The translations under genes and the position numbers were made by a program. A DNA stretch of 64,000 nt from the NCBI GenBank assembly GCA_964016885.1, contig CAXHJY010000901.1:23001-87000 (forward strand). The letters are read 5' to 3'. The notes under the pieces are model-generated. The model was given only the letters and a program-made list of their open reading frames with translations, made no database searches and was not told where the DNA came from. This document shows, one piece after another, positions 54,801-64,000 of the stretch (the first letter of the stretch is position 1; each line of letters begins with the position of its first letter). The stretch is from Eledone cirrhosa. Its lineage: Eukaryota.

Positions 54801-57800
54801 CTATCCTAAGCTAAGCTATCCTAAGCTAAGCTATCCTAAGCTAAGCTAAGCTAAGCTATCCTAAGCTAAGCTAAGCTAAGCTATCCTAAGCTAAGCTAAG
54901 CTATCCTAAGCTAAGCTAAGCTAAGCTGTCCTAAGCTAAGCTAAGCTAAGCTATCCTAAGCTAAGCTAAGCTAAGCTATCCTAAGCTAAGCTAAGCTATC
55001 CTAAGCTAAGCTAAGCTAAGCTATCCTAAGCTAAGCTAAGCTAAGCTATCCTAAGCTAAGCTAAGCTAAGCTATCCTAAGCCAAGCTAAGCTATCCTAAG
55101 CTAAGCTAAGCTAAGCTGTCCTAAGCTAAGCTATCCTAAGCTATCCTAAGCTATCCTAAGCTAAGCTATCCTAAGCTATCCTAAGCTAAGCTATCCTAAG
55201 CTATCCTAAGCTAAGCTAAGCTAAGCTATCCTAAGCTAAGCTAAGCTAAGCTAAGCTAAGCTATCCTAAGCTAAGCTAAGCTAAGCTATCCTAAGCTATC
55301 CTAAGCTAAGCTATCCTAAGCTAAGCTATCCTAAGCTATCCTAAGCTAAGCTATCCTAAGCTATCCTAAGCTAAGCTATCCTAAGCTAAGCTATCCTAAG
55401 CTATCCTAAGCTAAGCTATCCTAAGCTATCCTAAGCTAAGCTATCCTAAGCTAAGCTAAGCTAAGCTAAGCTAACCTAAGCTAAGCTATCCTAAGCTAAG
55501 CTAAGCTAAGCTATCCTAAGCTAAGCTAAGCTAAGCTATCCTAAGCTATCCTAAGCTAAGCTATCCTAAGCTAAGCTATCCTAAGCTAAGCTATCCTAAG
55601 CTATCCTAAGCTAAGCTATCCTAAGCTAAGCTCTCCTAAGGTAAGCTATCCTAAGCTATCCTAAGCTAAGCTATCCTAAGCTATCCTAAGCTAAGCTAAG
55701 CTAAGCTATCCTAAGCTAAGCTAAGCTAAGCTAAGCTATCCTAAGCTAAGCTAAGCTAAGCTACCTAAGCTAAGCTAAGCTAAGCTATCCTAAGCTAAGC
55801 TATCCTAAGCTAAGCTAAGCTAAGCTATCCTAAGCTAAGCTAAGCTAAGCTATCCTAAGCTAAGCTAAGCTATCCTAAGCTAAGCTAAGCTAAGCTGTCC
55901 TAAGCTAAGCTAAGCTAAGCTATCCTAAGCTAAGCTAAGCTAAGCTATCCTAAGCTAAGCTATCCTAAGCTAAGCTAAGCTAAGCTATCCTAAGCTAAGC
56001 TAAGCTAAGCTATCCTAAGCTAAGCTAAGCTAAGCTATCCTAAGCCAAGCTAAGCTATCCTAAGCTAAGCTAAGCTAAGCTGTCCTAAGCTAAGCTATCC
56101 TAAGCTATCCTAAGCTATCCTAAGCTAAGCTATCCTAAGCTATCCTAAGCTAAGCTATCCTAAGCTATCCTAAGCTAAGCTAAGCTAAGCTATCCTAAGC
56201 TAAGCTAAGCTAAGCTAAGCTAAGCTATCCTAAGCTAAGCTAAGCTAAGCTATCCTAAGCTATCCTAAGCTAAGCTATCCTAAGCTAAGCTATCCTAAGC
56301 TATCCTAAGCTAAGCTATCCTAAGCTATCCTAAGCTAAGCTATCCTAAGCTAAGCTATCCTAAGCTATCCTAAGCTAAGCTATCCTAAGCTATCCTAAGC
56401 TAAGCTATCCTAAGCTAAGCTAAGCTAAGCTAAGCTAACCTAAGCTAAGCTATCCTAAGCTAAGCTAAGCTAAGCTATCCTAAGCTAAGCTAAGCTAAGC
56501 TATCCTAAGCTATCCTAAGCTAAGCTATCCTAAGCTAAGCTATCCTAAGCTAAGCTATCCTAAGCTATCCTAAGCTAAGCTATCCTAAGCTAAGCTCTCC
56601 TAAGGTAAGCTATCCTAAGCTATCCTAAGCTAAGCTATCCTAAGCTATCCTAAGCTAAGCTAAGCTAAGCTATCCTAAGCTAAGCTAAGCTAAGCTAAGC
56701 TATCCTAAGCTAAGCTAAGCTAAGCTACCTAAGCTAAGCTAAGCTAAGCTATCCTAAGCTAAGCTAAGCTAAGCTATCCTAAGCTAAGCTAAGCTAAGCT
56801 CTCCTAAGCTAAGCTAAACTAAGCTATCCTAAGCTAAGCTAAGCTTTCCTAAGCTAAGCTAAGCTAAGCTATCCTAAGCTAAGCTAATCTATCCTAAGCT
56901 AAGCTAAGCTAAGCTATCCTAAGCTAAGCTAAGCTAAGCTATCCTAAGCTAAGCTAAGCTAAGCTATCCTAAGCTAAGCTAAGCTAAGCTATCCTAAGCT
57001 AAGCTAAGCTATCCTAAGCTAAGCTAAGCTAAGCTATCCTAAGCTAAGCTAAGCTATCCTAAGCTAAGCTAAGCTAAGCTATCCTAAGCTATCCTAAGCT
57101 ATCCTAAGCTAAGCTAAGCTAAGCTATCCTAAGCTAAGCTAAGCTAAGCTATCCTAAGCTAAGCTAAGCTAAGCTATCCTAAGCTAAGCTAAGCTATCCT
57201 AAGCTAAGCTAAGCTAAGCTATCCTAAGCTAAGCTAAGCTATCCTAAGCTAAGCTAAGCTAAGCAATCCTAAGCTATCCTAAGCTAAGCTATCCTAAGCT
57301 AAGCTAAGCTAAGCTATCCTAAGCTAAGCTAAGCTAAGCTATCCTAAGCTAAGCTATCCTAAGCTATCCTAAGCTAAGCTAAGCTAAGCTAACCTAAGCT
57401 AAGCTATCCTAAGCTAAGCTATCCTAAGCTAAGCTATCCTAAGCTAAGCTAAGCTAAGCTATCCTAAGCTAAGCTAAGCTAAGCTATCCTAAGCTAAGCT
57501 AAGCTAAGCTATCCTAAGCTAAGCTAAGCTATCCTATGCTAAGCTAAGCTAAGCTATCCTAAGCTAAGCTAAGCTAAGCTATCCTAAGCTAAGCTAAGCT
57601 AAGCTAACCTAAGCTAAGCTATCCTAAGCTAAGCTATCCTAAGCTAAGCTATCCTAAGCTAAGCTAAGCTAAGCTATCCTAAGCTAAGCTAAGCTAAGCT
57701 ATCCTAAGCTAAGCTAAGCTAAGCTATCCTAAGCTAAGCTAAGCTATCCTAAGCTAAGCTAAGCTAAGCTATCCTAAGCTAAGCTAAGCTGAGCTATCCT

Positions 57801-60800
57801 AAGCTATCCTAAGCTAAGCTATCCTAAGCTAAGCTATCCTAAGCTATCCTAAGCTAAGCTATCCTAAGCTAAGCTAAGCTAAGCTATCCTAAGCTAAGCT
57901 ATCCTAAGCTAAGCTATCCTAAGCTATCCTAAGCTAAGCTATCCTAAGCTATCCTAAGCTAAGCTAAGCTAAGCTAAGCTAAGCTAAGCTATCCTAAGCT
58001 AAGCTAAGCTAAGCTATCCTAAGCTAAGCTAAGCTAAGCTATCCTAAGCTATCCTAAGCTAAGCTATCCTAAGCTAAGCTATCCTAAGCTATCCTAAGCT
58101 AAGCTATCCTAAGCTATCCTAAGCTAAGCTATCCTAAGCTAAGCTATCCTAAGCTAAGCTATCCTAAGCTATCCTAAGCTAAGCTATCCTAAGCTATCCT
58201 AAGCTAAGCTAAGCTAAGCTATCCTAAGCTAAGCTAAGCTAAGCTATCCTAAGCTAAGCTAAGCTAAGCTTTCCTAAGCTATCCTAAGCTAAGCTATCCT
58301 AAGCTAAGCTATCCTAAGCTATCCTAAGCTAAGCTATCCTAAGCTATCCTAAGCTAAGCTATCCTAAGCTATCCTAAGCTAAGCTATCCTAACCTAAGCT
58401 ATCCTAAGCTATCCTAAGCTAAGCTATCCTAAGCTATCCTAAGCTAAGCTATCCTAAGCTATCCTAAGCTAAGCTAAGCTAAGCTATCCTAAGCTAAGCT
58501 AAGCTTTCCTAAGCTAAGCTAAGCTAAGCTATCCTAAGCTAAGCTAATCTATCCTAAGCTAAGCTAAGCTAAGCTATCCTAAGCTAAGCTAAGCTAAGCT
58601 ATCCTAAGCTAAGCTAAGCTAAGCTATCCTAAGCTAAGCTAAGCTATCCTAAGCTAAGCTAAGCTAAGCTATCCTAAGCTAAGCTAAGCTAAGCTATCCT
58701 AAGCTAAGCTAAGCTAAGCTATCCTAAGCTAAGCTAAGCTATCCTAAGCTAAGCTAAGCTATCCTAAGCTAAGCTAAGCTAAGCTATCCTAAGCTAAGCT
58801 AAGCTAAGCTATCCTAAGCTAAGCTAAGCTAAGCTATCCTAAGCTATCCTAAGCTATCCTAAGCTAAGCTAAGCTAAGCTATCCTAAGCTAAGCTAAGCT
58901 AAGCTATCCTAAGCTAAGCTAAGCTAAGCTATCCTAAGCTAAGCTAAGCTATCCTAAGCTAAGCTAAGCTAAGCTATCCTAAGCTAAGCTAAGCTAAGCT
59001 ATCCTAAGCTATCCTAAGCTAAGCTATCCTAAGCTAAGCTAAGCTAAGCTATCCTAAGCTAAGCTAAGCTAAGCTATCCTAAGCTAAGCTAAGCTAAGCT
59101 ATCCTAAGCTAAGCTAAGCTAAGCTATCCTAAGCTAAGCTATCCTAAGCTATCCTAAGCTAAGCTAAGCTAAGCTAACCCAAGCTAAGCTATCCTAAGCT
59201 AAGCTATCCTAAGCTAAGCTATCCTAAGCTAAGCTAAGCTAAGCTATCCTAAGCTAAGCTAAGCTATCCTAAGCTAAGCTAAGCTAAGCTGTCCTAAGCT
59301 AAGCTAAGCTAAGCTATCCTAAGCTAAGCTAAGCTAAGCTATCCTAAGCTAAGCTAAGCTATCCTAAGCTAAGCTAAGCTAAGCTATCCTAAGCTAAGCT
59401 AAGCTAAGCTATCCTAAGCTAAGCTAAGCTAAGCTATCCTAAGCTATCCTAAGCTATCCTAAGCTAAGCTATCCTAAGCTAAGCTATCCTAAGCTATCCT
59501 AAGCTAAGCTAAGCTAAGCAATCCTAAGCTAAGCTAAGCTAAGCTATCCTAAGCTAAGCTAAGCTAAGCTATCCTAAGCTAAGCTAAGCTAAGCTATCCT
59601 AAGCTATCCTAAGCTAAGCTATCCTAAGCTAAGCTATCCTAAGCTATCCTAAGCTAAGCTATCCTAAGCTATCCTAAGCTAAGCTATCCTAAGCTAAGCT
59701 ATCCTAAGCTATCCTAAGCTATCCTAAGCTAAGCTATCCTAAGCTAAGCTAAGCTAAGCTAAGCTAACCTAAGCTAAGCTATCCTAAGCTAAGCTAAGCT
59801 AAGCTATCCTAAGCTAAGCTAAGCTAAGCTATCCTAAGCTATCCTAAGCTAAGCTATCCTAAGCTAAGCTATCCTAAGCTAAGCTATCCTAAGCTATCCT
59901 AAGCTAAGCTATCCTAAGCTAAGCTCTCCTAAGGTAAGCTATCCTAAGCTATCCTAAGCTAAGCTATCCTAAGCTATCCTAAGCTAAGCTAAGCTAAGCT
60001 CTCCTAAGCTAAGCTAAGCTAAGCTATCCTAAGCTAAGCTAAGCTAAGCTAAGCTATCCTAAGCTAAGCTAAGCTAAGCTACCTAAGCTAAGCTAAGCTA
60101 TCCTAAGCTAAGCTAAGCTAAGCTATCCTAAGCTAAGCTAAGCTAAGCTCTCCTAAGCTAAGCTAAGCTAAGCTATCCTAAGCTAAGCTAAGCTTTCCTA
60201 AGCTAAGCTAAGCTAAGCTATCCTAAGCTAAGCTAATCTATCCTAAGCTAAGCTAAGCTAAGCTATCCTAAGCTAAGCTAAGCTAAGCTATCCTAAGCTA
60301 AGCTAAGCTAAGCTATCCTAAGCTAAGCTAAGCTAAGCTATCCTAAGCTAAGCTAAGCTAAGCTATCCTAAGCTAAGCTAAGCTATCCTAAGCTAAGCTA
60401 AGCTAAGCTATCCTAAGCTAAGCTAAGCTATCCTAAGCTAAGCTAAGCTAAGCTATCCTAAGCTATCCTAAGCTATCCTAAGCTAAGCTAAGCTAAGCTA
60501 TCCTAAGCTAAGCTAAGCTAAGCTATCCTAAGCTAAGCTAAGCTAAGCTATCCTAAGCTAAGCTAAGCTATCCTAAGCTAAGCTAAGCTAAGCTATCCTA
60601 AGCTAAGCTAAGCTAAGCAATCCTAAGCTATCCTAAGCTAAGCTATCCTAAGCTAAGCTAAGCTAAGCTATCCTAAGCTAAGCTAAGCTAAGCTATCCTA
60701 AGCTAAGCTAAGCTAAGTTATCCTAAGCTAAGCTATCCTAAGCTATCCTAAGCTAAGCTAAGCTAAGCTAACCTAAGCTAAGCTATCCTAAGCTAAGCTA

Positions 60801-63800
60801 TCCTAAGCTAAGCTATCCTAAGCTAAGCTAAGCTAAGCTATCCTAAGCTAAGCTAAGCTAAGCTATCCTAAGCTAAGCTAAGCTATCCTAAGCTAAGCTA
60901 AGCTAAGCTATCCTAAGCTAAGCTAAGCTAAGCTATCCTAAGCTAAGCTAAGCTATCCTAAGCTAAGCTAAGCTAAGCTATCCTAAGCTAAGCTAAGCTA
61001 ATCTATCCTAAGCTATCCTAAGCTAAGCTATCCTAACCTAAGATATCCTAAGCTATCCTAAGCTAAGCTATCCTAAGCTAAGCTAAGCTAAGCTATCCTA
61101 AGCTAAGCTATCCTAAGCTAAGCTATCCTAAGCTATCCTAAGCTAAGCTATCCTAAGCTATCCTAAGCTAAGCTATCCTAAGCTATCCTAAGCTAAGCTA
61201 TCCTAAGCTATCCTAAGCTAAGCTAAGCTATCCTAAGCTAAGCTAAGCTAAGCTAAGCTATCCTAAGCTAAGCTAAGCTATCCTAAGCTAAGCTAAGCTA
61301 AGCTATCCTAAGCTATCCTAAGCTAAGCTATCCTAAGCTAAGCTATCCTAAGCTATCCTAAGCTAAGCTATCCTAAGCTATCCTAAGCTAAGCTATCCTA
61401 AGCTAAGCTATCCTAAGCTAAGCTATCCTAAGCTATCCTAAGCTAAGCTATCCTAAGCTATCCTAAGCTAAGCTAAGCTAAGCTATCCTAAGCTAAGCTA
61501 AGCTAAGCTATCCTAAGCTAAGCTAAGCTAAGCTTTCCTAAGCTATCCTAAGCTAAGCTATCCTAAGCTAAGCTATCCTAAGCTATCCTAAGCTAAGCTA
61601 TCCTAAGCTATCCTAAGCTAAGCTATCCTAAGCTATCCTAAGCTAAACTATCCTAACCTAAGCTATCCTAAGCTATCCTAAGCTAAGCTATCCTAAGCTA
61701 TCCTAAGCTAAGCTATCCTAAGCTATCCTAAGCTAAGCTATCCTAAGCTATCCTAAGCTAAGCTAAGCTAAGCTATCCTAAACTAAGCTAAGCTATCCTA
61801 AGCTAAGCTAAGCTAAGCTATCCTAAGCTATCCTAAGCTAAGCTATCCTAAGCTAAGCTAAGCTAAGCTATCCTAAGCCAAGCTAAGCTAAGCTATCCTA
61901 AGCCAAGCTAAGCTAAGCTATCCTAAGCTAAGCTAAGCTATCCTAAGCTAAGCTAAGCTAAGCTATCCTAAGCTAAGCTATGCTAAGCTATCCTAAGCTA
62001 AGCTAAGCTAAGCTATCCTAAGCTAAGCTAAGCTAAGCTATCCTAAGCTAAGCTAAGCTAAGCTATCCTAAGCTAAGCTAAGCTAAGCTATCCTAAGCTA
62101 AGCTAAGCTAAGCTATCCTAAGCTAAGCTATGCTAAGCTATCCTAAGCTAAGCTAAGCTAAGCTATCCTAAGCTAAGCTATCCTAAGCTAAGCTAAGCTA
62201 AGCTATCCTAAGCTAAGCTAAGCTAAGCTATCCTAAGCTAAGCTATCCTAAGCTAAGCTAAGCTAAGCTATCCTAAGCTAAGCCAAGCTAAGCTATCCTA
62301 AGCTAAGCTAAGCTAAGCTATCCTAAACTAAGCTAAGCTAAGCTATCCTAAGCTAAGCTAAGCTAAGCTATCCTAAGCTAAGCTAAGCTATCCTAAGCTA
62401 AGCTAAGCTAAGCTATCCTAAGCTAAGCTAAGCTAAGCTTTCCTAAGCTATCCTAAGCTAAGCTATCCTAAGCTAAGCTAAGCTAAGCTATCCTAAGCTA
62501 AGCTAAGCTATCCTAAGCTAAGCTAAGCTAAGCTATCCTAAGCTAAGCTATCCTAAGCTATCCTAAGCTAAGCTATCCTAAGCTATCCTAAGCTAAGCTA
62601 TCCTAAGCTAAGCTATCCTAAGCTAAGCTATCCTAAGCTAAGCTATTCTAAGCTAAGCTAAGCTAAGCTATCCTAAGCTAAGCTAAGCTAAGCTATCCTA
62701 AGCTAAGCTAAGCTAAGCTATCCTAAGCTAAGCTAAGCTAAGCAATCCTAAGCTAAGCTAAGCTAAGCTTTCCTAAGCTAAGCTAAGCTAAGCTATCCTA
62801 AGCTAAGCTAAGCTATCCTAAGCTAAGCTAAGCTAAGCTATCCTAAGCTAAGCTAAGCTAAGCTATCCTAAGCTATCCTAAGCTAAGCTATCCTAAGCTA
62901 AGCTATCCTAAGCTATCCCAAGCTAAGCTATCCTAAGCTAAGCTAAGCTAAGCTATCCTAAGCTAAGCTATCCTAAGCTAAGCTATCCTAAGCTAAGCTA
63001 TCCTAATCTATCCTAAGCTAAGCTATCCTAAGCTATCCTAAGCTAAGCTATCCTAAGCTATCCTAAGCTAAGCTAAGCTAAGCTATCCTAAGCTATCCTA
63101 AGCTAAGCTATCCTAAGCTAAACTATCCTAAGCTATCCTAAGCTAAGCTATCCTAAGCTATCCTAAGCTAAGCTATCCTAAGCTATCCTAAGCTAAGCTA
63201 AGCTAAGCTATCCTAAGCTAAGCTAAGCTAAGGTATCCTAAGCTAAGCTAAGCTAAGCTATCCTAAGCTAAGTTAAGCTAAGCTATCCTAAGCTATCCTA
63301 AGCTAAGCTATCCTAAGCTAAGCTATCCTAAGCTATCCTAAGCTAAGCTATCCTAAGCTATCCTAAGCTAAGCTATCCTAAGCTAAGCTATCCTAAGCTA
63401 AGCTATCCTAAGCTATCCTAAGCTAAGCTATCCTAAGCTATCCTAAGCTAAGCTATCCTAAGCTATCCTAAGCTAAGCTAAGCTAAGCTATCCTAAGCTA
63501 AGCTAAGCTAAGCTATCCTAAGCTAAGCTAAGCTAAGCTATCCTAAGCTAAGCTAAGCTAAGCTATCCTAAGCTATCCTAAGCTAAGCTATCCTAAGCTA
63601 AGCTATCCTAAGCTAAGCTATCCTAAGCTATCCTAAGCTAAGCTATCCTAAGCTAAGCTCTCCTAAGGTAAGCTATCCTAAGCTATCCTAAGCTAAGCTA
63701 TCCTAAGCTATCCTAAGCTAAGCTAAGCTAAGCTATCCTAAGCTAAGCTAAGCTAAGCTATCCTAAGCTAAGCTAAGCTAAGCTATCCTAAGTTAAGCTA

Positions 63801-64000
63801 AGCTAAGCTATCCTAAGCTAAGTTAAGCTAAGCTATCCTAAGCTAAGCTAAGCTAAGCTATCCTAAGCTAAGCTAAGCTAAGCTCTCCTAAGCTAAGCTA
63901 TCCTAAGCTATCCTAAGCTAAGCTAAGCTATCCTAAGCTAAGCTAAGCTAAGCTATCCTAAGCTAAGCTAAGCTATCCTAAGCTAAGCTAAGCGATCCTA

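Larger units (their letters stand above)
1..64000. repeat. Compound pentamer satellite array [TATCC(TAAGC)n], n mostly 1-4, max seen 9; continues past both window ends
   Basis: Seen directly: every position parses into TAAGC or TATCC, rare substitution variants (TAACC, TTTCC, TCTCC, TGTCC, TATTC, TAATC, TAAAC, TAAGG, TAAGT, TAGGC, TGAGC, TATGC, AATCC, GATCC, CATCC, CAAGC, AAAGC etc.) or the 4-bp unit TACC. No non-repeat insertion or inversion seen. Confidence 0.99.

Noticed and set aside
1-64000. Protein-coding ORFs / repeat-encoded peptide
   Set aside because: TAA occurs in each TAAGC on + and TAG in essentially every unit on -. The 5-bp period rotates these stops through all frames. ATG appears only in rare variants (TATGC on +, CATCC and TATCA-T on -) and is closed within a few codons.
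1-64000. CRISPR array
   Set aside because: There are no unique spacers, no 23-47-bp repeat separated by non-repeat DNA, and no leader or cas genes.
1-64000. G-quadruplex-forming telomeric tract on the minus strand
   Set aside because: Only isolated GG dinucleotides spaced 10-25 nt apart are present, with no repeated GGG runs, so a stable G4 is not supported.
1-64000. Direct product of a stuttering telomerase or other template-driven de novo synthesis
   Set aside because: Run-length patterns and rare variants are copied co-linearly over many kb, which requires DNA-templated duplication. An ancestral templated origin of the grammar is not excluded.
1-64000. Pure sequencing or basecalling artefact, or synthetic binary-encoded DNA
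   Set aside because: Variants recur at constant offsets in nested duplications with few private differences and no random indels, which is typical of natural satellite evolution. Individual large duplications could still be assembly errors and need read validation.
1-64000. Dense AluI (AGCT), DdeI (CTNAG), BlpI (GCTNAGC), occasional HindIII (AAGCTT) and EcoRV (GATATC) sites as a functional signal; GATA motifs on the minus strand
   Set aside because: These are automatic consequences of the unit sequence. They are useful for experimental mapping but are not evidence of function.
1-64000. Assignment to a named satellite family or species
   Set aside because: I do not recognise this repeat with confidence. 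A search of TAAGC/TATCC k-mers against assemblies and satellite or telomere motif databases is required.

Overview
The whole 64-kb window is one uninterrupted, single-orientation satellite array built from two pentamers, TAAGC (major) and TATCC (minor), with sparse single-base variant units. There are no genes, RNA genes, mobile elements, CRISPR arrays or unique sequence, and stop codons recur every few codons in all six frames. The interest lies in its internal organisation. (i) I never saw two adjacent TATCC units, and two different 25-bp words dominate. (ii) The 5-bp register shifts only at 22 identical 1-bp-deleted units (TACC). (iii) A cassette of rare variants recurs 24 times. (iv) Variant units reveal nested duplications at about 0.97, 1.38, 2.1-2.5, 4.8, 9, 15.9 and 47.8 kb, including a ~47.76-kb super-period whose upstream copy lacks ~6.95 kb. 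The minus strand reads TTAGG-ATAGC-(TTAGC)n, which resembles the arthropod TTAGG telomere repeat. The major unit is quasi-palindromic (AGCT-A). The array is most likely eukaryotic heterochromatic, centromeric or telomere-related satellite, but organism and function cannot be determined from sequence alone. All coordinates and counts were read by eye, and duplication boundaries are approximate.
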